DNA of 64,000 bases, taken from positions 1,054,001-1,118,000 of the forward strand of contig CP089276.1 in assembly GCA_023920165.1 (NCBI GenBank), written 5' to 3'. Of this stretch, positions 27,500-40,410 are shown piece by piece. Each line of letters starts with the position of its first letter. Position 1 is the first letter of the stretch. A program made the position numbers and the translations under genes. The notes beneath the pieces are model-generated. The model ran no database searches. It saw only the letters and a list, made by a program, of their open reading frames with translations, and was not told the origin of the DNA. Source of the DNA: Curvularia clavata (Eukaryota).

Positions 27500-27895
27500 T
27501 ATTAACTTCAGAACAAGGGTTGTCGAGTCTTCGCGTGTCTTATCTCATCGATGTGTAGGGAAGTGGTTGAAAGCAAGGTGTAGCCGCTAGACCCATTTCG
27601 TACTGAAGGTGAATGCAAACGGGAGGCAAGAGCGATGTCCAGATGCGGATGGCACATGTAGCGGTACTCGGAGGACTGGCCAACAGCCTAAGATTACGAT
27701 GAGTTCAATCAAATGCCTAGATATGTACAAGTCCAGTGTGGGCACTGCATCCTAGTGAGCCCATTACCATGCTTTTCTCGAGTATAAGATGCGAAAAGGC
27801 GATCAGTTATAGGAAAAGGTCATGCCTCCGATCAACAAATACACTACTATTGTGTGATCAAATGACGAATTATCTATTTGGCTTCATCTAAATGT

Positions 27896-30103
27896 CTATA
27901 CAAAGTCAAACACATCGCCCTTATCCGCGATCATCTTCCCCACTCTCTTCGTGCCAACAATCCTCTCCAGCTCCATTTTCTCCCATTTTGAGAAGCACAC
28001 TCGGACATTCGCTTCTGCCCGACTGATCTCAGCCCGTTCCAGCGTCTTACCAATGAAGCCTACCACCTCGTCGTAGAATATCGGGTTCTCAGGTATGCCG
28101 TAGAAGACAACTCGCTTCACACCTCTAATCTTGTATCTATGGAAGTGATGCGCACGACCTGTGTACAGCAGCAGCGAGTGCTTGCCGTTCATAAAATGTG
28201 AGCGGGCTTTGCGCACGTCGGTCGGATCCGTATATTCGCTGATGGAGGCATAGGAAAAGTCAGAGTCAACAAGCGAGTTGCGTACCCGGACAAAGTCCAA
28301 GTAGGACGGGATAAAGACCAGAACACCTAAGCCACCCTCAGGAGGCTTCGGCATACGATTTATCGACGGTAAGATGGATGTGTTGAAGTATTTGAAACGC
28401 GCGTCTGGGTCGGTAAGGTGGGATGGGGAGTCGAAGCGCAAGAATGTTTGTTTCACGCCGTAGGACATTGTTTCTATGAGACCATCGGTGTTGTCGGCAG
28501 TGTATTTTAAGCGTCCGGCTACGTTGCGCATGTGCTTGTTGTATAGGGTATTGATCTTTGGCGTCAGGAATGCGGATAGCACAATTGTCTGTCGGATGTG
28601 TGCTGCATGTCCATCCAGATACCACGACCGCACCCGGGAAAAGTCGCAGCCGTGAGAGTCTTTTGGCTGGAGATTGAGGCGTTCGAACACGAACTCTGTG
28701 TGGTCCCAATTTTGCATCAGGGTGGCGTCCGCCTGCTCCATAATGACCATCTCGATAGATGATAGGAAGTCGTAGTCTCGCTTCTTGGGGTCCCCAGACT
28801 CGATTGCCCGACGTAGGCCAAGCGTAGAAGCGAAAATGATATCGGAGTTGTAGAACGTTGAGAAAAATTTCAGTGTCTTACGTGTCAGCTTAACACCAAG
28901 GCGGAATTCGTTCTCGTCGTTTCCTTCGAAAAGCTCACGGAAGTCTGCCGGCTTGTCGTCCGAAAACTTGTCTTCCGGGAGTGAGAAGCCATCCAGGAAT
29001 CGCTTCTTGTTTTCCTGCTGCTCAAAGTCATACAGTTTGGTGATGGAGTCTAGTACGCGCACACAAGCCTGCTTGGTCTCGAGAAGGAACAGGATCTTGG
29101 GGCGCGTAAAGCCTTGGTCGCGGTATTCGACATCGTCGTCGTCGCTTGCAGCCGCCAGCTTTGCATTGTTCTTCAGAACTCGGTCTCGGGTCATGAGGAT
29201 ATGGTTGAGTGCATGTAGACAAGTGATGTCTCGAAGGCGACTGGCGTTTTGTACTGTTCGCGCACCGAATAGCACATCTTGGTAACCGAATAACGATGGG
29301 GCAATGGTTTGTTCGACTGGGTCAAAGTCTCCGATCTTCTTTTGCGCATTCTCCACTAGCCGGGCCTTCAACTGGATATCGCGGGTGCTCTTCACTTTTC
29401 TGGCTGGTGGCTGAACCTCATCACTTGGGACTTGAAGGATACCAAAGCCTTTGACGTTCCCTGATGCATTATGCAGCTTTTGCGATGACCACTGGTTCGC
29501 CGCTATCCGCTTTAGTCGTGTCGCCAGCTCGTTCTCATCTGGGTTTGCAAAATGTTTTTCGTAGGCTTTTTCCAGCTCGCGCTCCTTGCCATCGTCTCCG
29601 TCTGCTGTTTCGTCGTCTGAATCGCCTTGTTCTACCTCGTCCTCTCCGGCACTTCCCTCGGCTTCTGGTGAAGAGTCGTCCTCTGCGCGGTCCATATCCA
29701 TGGCAGTCGCCTGTGGTTCATCATCGTGTTGGAGTTTCCGTCGCTTTTTACGGGGCTCATCAGAGCCGGTATCACGCGCGGAGAAGGACTGTAGGAGGGC
29801 TGCGTAGGCATTGGCGGCTGGCTGTGCCTCTTCTTCATCGTCTTCGGAAGCGTCATTGTCGGATGGTTCAGATTCGCTCTCTTCAGAGTCGGATGGTGCG
29901 CGCATATCAACATTACTTCGACTCTCAATCAGCATGTGGATAATCCTCACTACCAGCAGTTCCCGTACTCACGAATCTTCAACCTCGTCGGCGGTCCTTG
30001 CAGCAGCAAAGCCCCCTCTGTTGCCTCCTCTCCCCCTTCCTCTTGCGCCACCTCTGCCTCGCCCTCTGCCTCGAAAGCCGCCGCGACCTCTCATGGGTGC
30101 CAT
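27896..30103 (-). CDS. UTP25: U3 snoRNA-associated protein 25 (SSU processome)
   Basis: RGG-rich N-terminus, acidic tract, 'RDQGFTRPK', 'DFLSSIE', 'HGCDFSRVRSWYL', 'LLYTGRAHHFHRYKIRG'. One intron at ~29971-29922. Confidence 0.95.
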
Positions 30104-30493
30104 AGTCGCTGCGCGCGCCTGTCGAATGCGCCTGGTTGCGAACGAGATGGATGGATGGGTTTCGCAGAGTTTGACGGAACCAAAATTATACGACAGCCCA
30201 GTATCTCTGTCGTAAAAGTGCGTGCTGCTTCAGTCGCGCAGCAATTAAATTTTCCGAATGTTTATAGCGCGTCTGCAGCATGCGGCAGTCTTGCAGGCGG
30301 CCGAGTGGTCCCCACCAGAAAATATATCGACATGGCCCGTGCAAGCGAACCACCGCACCTGCCCAGATTTCGTGAAGAATATCGTCGTGCCCCACCAACA
30401 CATTGACATCTTTGATAGCCGCCCACGCCTCACCACCACCACCACCACCCACGTCCCCGGCAGCACCACGACCGCCACGCTCAAACCGCTATC

Positions 30494-31639
30494 ATGGCCG
30501 AGAACGACTCCTTCCTTCATCTCGCGCGCCCGCTCGGCCCAGCGCCCCTAGGTGCCCAGCCGTCGACTGCCCCGCTGAACGTCGCCATCCAGCCCCAGGT
30601 ATGCGACAACTACAGTGAGAGGCTGTTCGCTTCGCCTTCTGACCCGCTGTGAACAGGCCGTCTTCTCCATCCTCGACCACGCCCTCCGCCGCCCCGCCGA
30701 CCAGGAACGCGTTATTGGCACTCTTCTCGGCACCCGCAGCGAAGACGGCACCGAGATTGAAATCCGCAACTGCTATGCTGTCCCCCACACCGAGACGGCC
30801 GAACAGGTCGAGGTCGACATGGACTACCAGAAGCAGATGCTCGCCCTGCACCTCCGCGCCAACCCCCGCGAAGTCCTTGTCGGCTGGTACGCAACCAGCA
30901 GCGACCTCAACACCTTCTCCGCCCTCATCCAGAACTTCTACAGCCAACAGGGTGACGGCACATGGCCACACCCCGCCGTGCACCTGACCGTCTCGACTGT
31001 GCCCGGACAGGACATTGAGTCCAAGACATACATTTCCGCGCCCATTGGTGTCACTGCTGAGCGCGCAGCCGATTCTTGCCTGTTCATCCCAGTGCCCCAC
31101 GAGATCAAGTACGGCGAGGCCGAGAGGTCGGGTCTGGAGCTCATTTCAGCCGCAAAGGATAGCGAGGACCGGTCACAGGAGGTCATGACCGACCTGGATT
31201 CACTGGAGCGCGCCATCCAGCACGTCCTTGACATGCTTGAGCGTGTGTCCACCTACGTCAACAATGTTCTGGATGAGGAGGCCGAGCCTTCGTCTGCGCT
31301 AGGCCAGTTCTTGATGAACGCACTCAGCTTGGCGCCCAAGGTTGAGCCTGCTGACATTGAGCGCGACTTGTACGTCGAGACACAGTTCTTTTTTATATGT
31401 ATTTGAACTTGCTAACTTTTAACAGCAACGCACACATCCAAGATGTCCTCGTAGTGTCGTACCTCGCCAACACAATCCGGACACAAATCGATCTTTCCAA
31501 CCGTCTTGCAACCGCCGCGCTGACCATGGGTGGTGGTGATGTTCTTGGCGGCGAGGGCAAGAAAGATGGTGAAAACAGGGGAAAGGGTGGTGACCGACGG
31601 GGCGGCAAGGGCAGGCAACAGCGGGAACAAGAGGCATGA
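30494..31639 (+). CDS. eIF3f: Eukaryotic translation initiation factor 3 subunit F (MPN domain)
   Basis: '[39 protein letters not shown]' and C-terminal '[25 protein letters not shown]'. Two introns. Confidence 0.93.
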
Positions 31640-31982
31640 GCATGCCCCAATCAAAAAAGAAGGGGACACATTGCAAGGAGTTTGGCGTTTGGCTAACGCG
31701 TTTATTCTAGACGGAGTCAAGCCTCTAGCAAAGGGCGTGGACATGGCCATTTCTTTTCGGAAATGCTTAATGGATTTCAGCATTTACGAATGCGGGTGGA
31801 AAACTCTGGAGATTCGGGGTTTACCCATTCATTTTGACAATGATGGTGATGACAATGGAAAATGGCGAGGAAGAAGGCTGGGCTGCTCGCTCAACTTGTC
31901 AACAAAAATCTCGCCTCATACAAAGAAAAAAAGCGCTGTATAACTAGTAGTTTTTTGTTTGATACGACTGCCAATGGCTGCG

Positions 31983-32015
31983 ACTACTGCTACTACTACT
32001 ATTGCTACCACTACG
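31983..32015. repeat. Imperfect (CTA)n microsatellite
   Basis: actactgctactactactattgctaccactac. Confidence 0.6.
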
Positions 32016-32494
32016 CCGAGGCGTATGCTAGACTACGGAATGCTAGAATATGTTGGACTCTTTTGAATACGCAGAATTGGCTTACTATTGAGGCAATCTT
32101 GTGCTTTTGATATTCTGCATTGCTTTGAGGGTATCTTCTGGTTTTCCTTTGATATGCTATATATACTGTACAATTGAGGAAAATATAGATAGGCGACTCA
32201 TCCTTCGCCGCCGCCGCCGCCGCTCTCTCGATAAGAGCATGTTTGATAAAGCGCTTGTTCCCCAATTTAGTTCCACTCTCGCTGGAAAGACTCGGGACGG
32301 CAAACAACCTTGCGTACCACGTCCTACCAAACAAACACAGCCAGAAAAAGGCAGGTCGTGTGCGTGTCTGCGCAAGTGGTTTTCCCAACGACAGGCTTTC
32401 TGATGGAAAGAAAGAAAGTCCTGTCCAGTTGACTCCACCAGCCTCTCGCTCTCCATCGTGTAGAAAGAAAAAAAGATCCCGAGCACATCTCCTC

Positions 32495-33034
32495 TCACGC
32501 ACCCCTCGCCTCCCCCTCTTCCCTCTTCTTCTTCTTTTTCTTCCTCCGCCTCTCTTCATCCTCGTCCACCGCACCCTTCTCCCCTTCTCTCTTCTTCCCC
32601 TTGTCGCCCTCCTCTCTCGCCCTCTCCCTCTCCTTAGTCGCAATCACCGCGCCCTCATCTGTATCGAACGCCTTCCTCTTCTTCCTCAACTCCTTGTCTG
32701 TCTCGAGCATCTCGCTGACCCTGCCCAGCTTGCCCGTATCACGGCGCAGCATGAACTTGAAGTCGTCGAGCTTGATTTTGGCACGACGGGCATGGTGGGC
32801 GACAGAAGCGGCTTCATGGCACGTTTCGATGATGTAGTCGGTTATGATTTCATCTAGCACGCGCACGGTTTCTGGTAATGGGTAGTCGTTGTCGCCAAAG
32901 GCGAGGAGGAAGGCTTCTACTGTTGTGACGTTAGTCGGGCGTTGGGGAGTGAATGGAGAGAGGGAGTGAGACTTACAGTCTTGGGTGGGGAATTGCTGCC
33001 CTTTTTGGCGCAGGCGCATGCGCGGCTCAGTCAT
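32495..33034 (-). CDS. TAF13: TFIID subunit 13 (histone-fold TAF)
   Basis: 'LLAFGDND.PLPETVRVLDEIITDYI...KIKLDDFKFMLRRD..KLGRVSEML..DKEL...RKAFD'. 57-nt intron at 32976-32920; K/E/R-rich tail. Confidence 0.92.
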   Translation of the reverse strand: MTEPRMRLRQKGQQFPTQDCKSHSLSPFTPQRPTNVTTVEAFLLAFGDNDYPLPETVRVLDEIITDYIIETCHEAASVAHHARRAKIKLDDFKFMLRRDTGKLGRVSEMLETDKELRKKRKAFDTDEGAVIATKERERAREEGDKGKKREGEKGAVDEDEERRRKKKKKKREEGEARGA

Positions 33035-33548
33035 TTTGTGTGTGAATTATTGCGTCTCTTCGTCTTTCCCTCTCTTTTGAGCTTGCAGTATATAGACGAT
33101 GGTCTGACGCTGTCGTCGTCGTCGTCGTTGTCGTCGACCAAACTCGTCGCGTCTCTCGTATCACCGCGTCGGACGATGCAAAGCAGACGAAGTAGTTGTG
33201 TTTGTAAACGAATATCGGGTGCGTATAATAAGTCGTGTCGACGAGGCTAATGCCCGTAGCAGAGTGGTAGAGATTGACGTCGCGTCGGAGCTAGATAGCG
33301 GGTGGTATAATAAGTAGTTCCAACGCCCGGGCGCGCCTGCAATGACGATCGGTGTGGTTGCGGGTCGCCGCATTGGCGCCTTCGCCGCGGATGTACCCAC
33401 CACCATGCACATGCGACATCGTCAACTACAACTACACACCACTCTTTACAGCGCAGAGCTACATATAACGTCCCCCACCACCTATTTTCTGTCGTCGCTA
33501 GCCTGATCCATCGCCACTGCCAGCGCAAGACTCCGAACAAAGCCTACA

Positions 33549-33916
33549 ATGGTACACTTGCCCCCCCCCCTCCCCTCCTTCCAGCGCCGTTAACTAACGC
33601 AATCATTCGTATAGACCGCCCTCTTCAACTTCCAATCTCTCCTCCTCGTCATCCTCCTTACCATCTGCACCTCCACCTATGCGCACTCGGTATTCCCAGG
33701 CATCATCGATCGCAACAAGGAAAACTGGATTGTGTCTCCGTTGTGGAAGGCGGCGCGCGTTGGGGAGCGACTAAGTCCATATGTTAGTATCGCGTGTGTG
33801 GTTATGGCTGTGAGTATTCGCTCTCTCTCTTTTCTGCTCCGTTGGATTCTGGGGGCAAAGATTTCGGTCGAGGGAAAGGACTGACGTTTGAACAGGCGCT
33901 CGAGTTTATGGGATGA
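33549..33916 (+). CDS. KSH1: Protein kish (TMEM167 family), 72 aa, 3 exons
   Basis: Exon 1 is the ATG only (33549-33551); introns 33552-33614 and 33810-33895. Spliced product: [72 protein letters not shown]. Confidence 0.93.
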
Positions 33917-34622
33917 GATGGGACTTGGTGTAAGATGCGATGCGACAACATGAGCAAGGGCTCACTGTATATTCAAAAAAGGAGTATACTAGTTAGACAG
34001 ATGTCATGAAGCGAGGCGTTATGCGGTGTTTTGATAGTAACAACATATCGTGGCATCATCTTAGAACACGTTTCCATTCACAAGTCACATTATTTTTTAC
34101 ACCCATCATGAAAATGCAGAGCGTCGTGAGATTAAAGTATATACAAGCATACGAGCTTTTACACTCGCTGGCTTCTGCTGGCCCGTCAAGCCAGCCGTGT
34201 ATGGGGAGCACAAAAGCAAAAATGTGTACCAGCACCCCAAAAAAAATCCATCTAAACCTCCCCGCCCATTTCCAACCAGAACACCAATGTTCCATACAGG
34301 GGATGATAATACACGACGTTTCCAGCGCCATACTCAACACCTCGCGAGGCGCGCATGAGATGAGATGTCTGACAGTTTTTGTTGAATCATGAGAACAAAC
34401 GTAAACAGACAGGTTTAAAAAAAGACTAAAAGCAGAACAATACCCCTGTCCTGACCAGCGGACCTCCCTGTCCATTGCTGGCACCAGTGTATAATGAAGT
34501 AATGAGGAAAAAAACGAAGAAGAAGAATAATAGCATCGTTTCAAAGACATGAGGGATGATCGGAAAGGGGAAGGACAGAGAGACACCAGCAGTACAAGCC
34601 GGACCTAACTCGCTCTCACTGC

Positions 34623-36479
34623 TCAATGCTCACGGCTGCCCTCGCCCTTTTCGAAACATCCATGCAGTCCCTGCCGAGAACCCCGGCGTTCTTGCGCACC
34701 CTCGACATCGCTCGAGTCTTCGACCATGACATGATCGTCGATTCCGAGGTCAAGCTGGCTGTGCGCGTCGTCTGCATCGTCATCATCGTCATCATCATGA
34801 TCGCTCACTAGACCCGGGTTAGACTCAACTGTATGAGGGCTGAGGTCTACTGGGGAGTGGGGCAGGTCGTCATGTGCTTGAGGCTTGATGGGAGATGGCA
34901 GAGACATGGGTAGGCGTGCGTGACTGGGATGGGAACCTTTCTTACTGCCTGCTCTTGCCGGAGTTTTGCTTGCAGGAGCACTAGCAGGAAGACGGGCGAG
35001 ATGCGGTGCCACATTAGTTACCGGAGTGGGTGCAACGCTGTTGTCTGCACTGTCATCATCTGAGGCGTCTATTGCATCCAAGTCAATCTTGGCCCGGACA
35101 GTGTCGACAAGTTCCTTAAAATTGCCAGGGGTGCCGCTGTTCTGAAAGCGGGCTGCCAGGTAGGGCGTCGAAGATGACTTGATGAAGCTGGGTGGCGGGG
35201 CAGGTTTGGACTCGTTAGAGGATGCGTTTGGATTCCGGTGTACTTGTGGAGCGCGTGCAACGGGTGCGGCTTGACCAGCCAGCGGGTGGACGATACCAGG
35301 AGTGGCCGGAGTAGGGAAGGTCACTGCTGGTGCTGCTGCTGGCGCGCTGGCAGGCTCACTCGCAGGAACAGGATTCGCCCCGTCGTTGGATTCGACGGGC
35401 ACACCGCACGCAATAGCTGCTGCGTCGTGGCTCTTGAACACTTGGTTGTGCTTGATGCGGCAGTGGTTAAGGAAACCCTGTGTGTTTGAGAAGTTGCTGT
35501 GGCCGCACTGAGCACAATACAGCCGTACCCACTGGCCGTCGGTGGATCGCTTGTGCAATAGAGGGTCTACCTTTGGCGCTGGTGCTGGAGTTTCACCAAG
35601 AGGCGTGAGCTTCAACATTCCAGTCGAAGTTCGCGACGTGCGGCCTCTGTGAGCTGAGCCGTAGTCAGCAAAGCTGCCGCGCGTCGTCCTGCCCTCACCA
35701 GTGCCGAAGTAACCTTGAGCTTGCTGGGCGAGAGCACGTTCGGAAACAGAATCAAACTTGACGTCCGAGATCAACCATTTGGCATAGTGACGAGTGTACG
35801 GACCATCCGTAACACCCCATGGCGCGGCATACTGCGGTTGAGTGTGGCCTGCGGGGGGCTGCAGAGAAGGACCCAGGCCCAGGCTGACGTCTTCGTTAAG
35901 GCCCTCGGCTCCAGGGAAAGGAATCAGTGAACAGCGCCTTAGTTGCTCGAGAGACACCTGGCATTTGGCAAGCTCCTGTTCGATCAAACGGAGCTCGTTG
36001 TGCTTGAGCAGGATCTCGTAGTTGATTTGAGCCTCGATGGCTTGTTGCACGGCAGTCAGTCCAGAGTCCATGGTGGTAGCGGGCGTGGTGGTAGAAGTGG
36101 AGTCTGGCTTTACAGTTTGTTGTTGAAGTCCCGAAGGCTTGCTCTTGCTTTCTTTCTTTACAGGTTGTGCCTTTGGTCTGGCATCTGGAACTTGGGCAGC
36201 TGCAGGCGCCTCTGCAAGGCGTGCATTCTCAACTGGGGTTCTTGGGCTTGCACTGAGTGCAGCAGGCTTCATGTCACCGTGAGCGTCTTTCCACTTCTTC
36301 ACTACGTGAGCGTGCTGCGAGGGCGACGGCTCAGGACTATCTGTCCTTTTCCGCTTGATCTTGTTCATGAAGTTTGGCATGTCGACCGGCAGCGGCCTTT
36401 GCTTGTGGAGAGTAGACTTCTCCATGATTTTGTCGCCAGGCGACTCGTTACACCATGGGAGGCGGAACATGGACTGCAT
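34623..36479 (-). CDS. AHC1: ADA histone acetyltransferase complex component Ahc1-like protein
   Basis: Coiled coil 'EILLKHNELRLIEQELAKCQVSLEQLRRC', 'GPYTRHYAKWL', and C2H2-like 'LYCAQCGHSNFSNTQGFLNHCRIKH'. Confidence 0.8.
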   Translation of the reverse strand: MQSMFRLPWCNESPGDKIMEKSTLHKQRPLPVDMPNFMNKIKRKRTDSPEPSPSQHAHVVKKWKDAHGDMKPAALSASPRTPVENARLAEAPAAAQVPDARPKAQPVKKESKSKPSGLQQQTVKPDSTSTTTPATTMDSGLTAVQQAIEAQINYEILLKHNELRLIEQELAKCQVSLEQLRRCSLIPFPGAEGLNEDVSLGLGPSLQPPAGHTQPQYAAPWGVTDGPYTRHYAKWLISDVKFDSVSERALAQQAQGYFGTGEGRTTRGSFADYGSAHRGRTSRTSTGMLKLTPLGETPAPAPKVDPLLHKRSTDGQWVRLYCAQCGHSNFSNTQGFLNHCRIKHNQVFKSHDAAAIACGVPVESNDGANPVPASEPASAPAAAPAVTFPTPATPGIVHPLAGQAAPVARAPQVHRNPNASSNESKPAPPPSFIKSSSTPYLAARFQNSGTPGNFKELVDTVRAKIDLDAIDASDDDSADNSVAPTPVTNVAPHLARLPASAPASKTPARAGSKKGSHPSHARLPMSLPSPIKPQAHDDLPHSPVDLSPHTVESNPGLVSDHDDDDDDDADDAHSQLDLGIDDHVMVEDSSDVEGAQERRGSRQGLHGCFEKGEGSREH

Positions 36480-38239
36480 GGTGAGTAGGGTGGAAGCCTA
36501 AAAGCGGCAGAGCTCATCTGTCGTTGTGAGGGGCCGAGAGCATCGAAGTCGAGGAGCTAGTTAGCTGCGAGATGACGTTGCAGCAGCGGCAGCGGCAGAC
36601 AGCGCAAAGTCGGACGCAACAAGGCGGGAAGGTAGGGAATATTAAAAAGGGGTTACGGGAATGTTAAGTGGGTGCGAAGGAGTGCAGGAAGGAAAGCAAC
36701 CAGCAGTTAAGCCGTTGCGATGATGACGTGGAGGGCAAGAAGCGCGCTGATCGGGCGGGTTGATAAGGGAGAAAGCGCCGCACCAGCACGAAATCCAGGA
36801 AAAAGATGTCGTGAGTCCGGTCGAAGGGCGCAGGTTACAGTTGCAGAGGGCTACAAAAGGCCGTGGTGAGGCGTGGTGGGGGGAGGGGGGAGGGAAAGGT
36901 GAAGGCGGGGGGGAAAAGGCGGCCAGGCGGCGATGATGTTGTGATGAAGGGCGACGGTGACAACGAAGTTCTGGGGGGGCGAAGGCAGACGGTCCATGAG
37001 TGCGTTTCCGCAGATAGGCTGCACTAAGCCGCGCTAGCAGGGATAGCCTTGCTAGCGCATCCCCCAAAGCGGACTGGCGTCGCTTCTCAGAAAAGCAGGC
37101 GATCCGGGCAAAGCAAAGGCAGGCGCAAAAAGAGCAAACATTAATTCACGCCCAAGCGGCCGCTGGCCTCTCGAAGACGCCTCCCCGTTGCTTGACTGGC
37201 GCACGCCGCCCGTCGTCTGGCTTGCTTTTGACGCAGCGCAGCGCAGTGCAGCAGCGCGCCGTGGGCCTCTGTACGGCTACCATGTCTTAGCCAAGGGCGC
37301 GCGCCGGCTAAGTCGCTGCCAGCAAACGTCTAACGACTCAAGTTGCGTCTCAGCGGCGTTATGTCATCGCCGGGGGCTGCCCAAACACACCACCTCTCGC
37401 CGCATCGCCTCGTCGCCTCACTGCAAACAAAGCAAAGCCCACACAGCAACCGTCATGTCACTGGACTCGGGCTGCAGCAGGCGTCTAATTGCGGCGGACA
37501 GGAGCGTCGGACGATCGTCAGGGTGTGCAGGCTGCAGTCAGGAGTTGCCAGAGAAACAACGCGCAACACGATAGCCGTGGGCGCAGGGCTCGCGAGCTGC
37601 GTTCCGGTGAGGTGTGTAGCTATTCGTCGTAGCCATACCGGTACATGGGCCGGTCCATGGCGCTCGCAGGGCTACGACGCGCATGCAGCCAAGGACGAGC
37701 CATGGCCGCCCTCCACACAAATCACCGGCCCACCAGCACGCCTTCTTTGCGACTCCCTAGCCTGAAACACCCTCAACACCATCACAGCCGCGCCCATGTC
37801 GCCCGCGCCATCACTCGCTCACGGCCTGCCGTCGTCCTGTCGCCGCCCTCTGCCTGTCACGCCGCATGCATAATCGCACTCAGATGCACGCCTAGAAGCT
37901 TCCGTGGCAGGCGCAGCCGGGCAGCCCCGTACGAGCAACTTTGTCAGTCAATACTCCACGGCGGCAAAATTTGTCGTGCCAAAACGACATGGGCGACGCC
38001 CACGGCGATGGCGACCACATCGATGATGACAAGCCGATCGCGGCTCTCGGGGCGGCGGCTGCCTGTCCGCCTCCGGTTTAACCCGTGCGTTGGTTGCGTC
38101 CATGCCCGCCCCCAACCAACATATACACACATACACTCAAACAGCCTATTGGAGTCGCTAGCCGTGCCAAGACAAGACTATGAGCTTTCACATGTCTACC
38201 AACTACTACTAGTACTACAAACATCAACTACACGACTTA

Positions 38240-39215
38240 TCAAGCGCTGCTCCCAATCGCCCGCGGTATCGCACTCTGCCCAAACGACCCCATACCTGGC
38301 GACGCTGGCTTCGGCGCGTCTGCGGCGTCTATTGTGATTTCCCCGTTGTGTGCATCTGCGTCGTCTTTCCCCAGACTGATCCCCAGCCCCTCCTGGGATA
38401 CTCTCGGCCTGCTTGCCAAATTCTTAAACGGACACGTGCCTGTTGCCATGTCTGCCTCTTCAATCTCGCTCTCCCGGTCTCTGCTGCCCTCGCGCAACAC
38501 TGCCTTGCCATGAAGGTAGCCCTCGGGCTCGAGCTCGGGTACCAGGCGCTCCTCTGCAAACTCTTCGCCGTCGCGGACGTACCACTTAGCGAATAGATCG
38601 TTCTGGATCCAGATGACTTTGCTCAGCGCCTTGACAAGCGCAATCTTGCGCTCCATCTTCAGCCGCGGATGCGACAGCACTGCCTCGGTCATAATGTCTT
38701 GGATAAACGAAAGAGTCACGCCAATGTGTACGTACTCGACGTGAAGCGGGTGTGCTCGCCCTTGCCCCACGTGCATCATGCCTACTTTGTCCAAGTACTC
38801 CCAAAACTCCATCGTTGACGGGTCGCTGCACAGCTTGTTGAGGTACCCCCGCAGAAACATCTTGCGGTAGAGAATCTGCGGTGAGTTTTCGTCGAGGTTG
38901 CTGACGTCGACAGGGCCTTGGTATGATGTTGACCGTGTCTCAAACGCTCGTGCTGTGATGTCGTACTGGAGCAGCTTTTTGTAGACTATGTTGACCACGG
39001 CAGGGATCAGTGCCTTGATGTATTTGGCTCCTGTTGTGAGGGCCTCCATGTCGCCTGTTGAATGTTAGCCAGTGCCTTCTTAACCCATCAAAGTGTTAGG
39101 ATGTACGTGAGCTAAAGTCGAGAAACGAGTGCAGGTACTGTATCCGTGCCTCTAGGCTTGTGTACAGCTCACGACGATCAATGTGCTGCATCGGTCGGTG
39201 TTGTCGTGTCGCCAT
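38240..39215 (-). CDS. Protoglobin/globin-sensor domain protein (2 exons)
   Basis: Exon 1 'MATRQHRPMQHIDRRELYTSLEARIQYLHSFLDFSS', then 'VYKKLLQYDITARAF...FWEYLDKVGMMH...KVIWIQNDLFAKWY', as in fungal protoglobin-like proteins. Confidence 0.85.
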
Positions 39216-40410
39216 TTTGAGCAATGTGAGATGAATGGTAACCTGATGTCTCTTCTTCTATTCCAGCTTGAAGCCCCAGTCTTATCTTGATTCTTGTGAG
39301 TCCGAGTAGAGTTTCCTTTTTCCTTCTTTGGCTAAAGAAACGAAACGAATAAAGTATATCATATACGCCCGTCCTCTTAAGAACCAGCAGCCCATATATG
39401 TAAATGGGCAGGGCTGCCATGTAAGTCAGCGGAAAGCGCCCTGATGCGGAAAGTGGCCCGTGCATATAAGCTGGGTGGTGTGTTCATCGGTCGTAAGATG
39501 GGATGGCGTGACGCTCGTCTTTGTATCGCGAGAGATGGCCAACTGAACCAAACCAACACACTCTGAGCTTGTGCCTCTTTGCTGCCTCCAATCCAACCCC
39601 ATTTCTCGTGTTGGACATCATTTATTCGGTCCGAGTGGAGAAAAATCAAGACGATAAGCGATCGCGATTGAGGGGACATGCTGGGGAAGTTTGTTTACCC
39701 TGCGCGCAGACATTCCAAACCTCGCCAAAATAGCCGTTATTGCCCAGCCCTATCATGCTTGGGCATTTATTCCCAGAACTCTCCAAACTAGGAAATACTG
39801 CCTGTCTGGGAATGCTATACCCGTGACTACAGGTCTTGTAGCTAAGCGAAGCAGCAACCTGAAACCTCGTTTATCTGTACGAACCGTGTTTCACACTTGT
39901 GATTATACGGGGGTCTTGCGATGAGCAAGCTAACATGCAGGCAAGTTACGGAGGATGGAGTATACTTGGGCATTATCAAAGTGTCATATATCAGGGTTCA
40001 GGACCCTTACTTTTGCCCTACCTGCCTTTTACATGTCCAACCTACGCCGGAAATAAGAAAGAGGTTCGGCTGATACTACATTATGGGGCATAGGTACCAA
40101 AACCCCTGAAGCAAGGGGGAAGAGCCAAGGGAGGCCCTATTAAGTAGATGCATTGTGACGTCATTGTTGTCGACGAGGGTAAAAGTACGTACCATAATAG
40201 AGGAAACTGTGCTATGCGTATGGACAGTATCCCAAAGGGTAAACTAATTCTCCACACAAGGTGCTGCAGGAACCACAAAGCACAAAGTCAAGCAAATACC
40301 GGGAGTAGGCGTCAATTGCCGACCCGAACACCCCACTCCTTCGACCCACGGGTCCAGTACATACATCCCAAAGTACAGCATTCCACATTGAGTGCAAACA
40401 TCACACGACA

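Noticed and set aside
32011..32857. Overlapping 204-210 aa ORFs around TAF13
   Set aside because: Alternative frames of the purine-rich TAF13 tail and 3'UTR.
36642..38337. ORFs of 128-230 aa upstream of AHC1
   Set aside because: GC-rich promoter/leader sequence with no coding bias or motifs.
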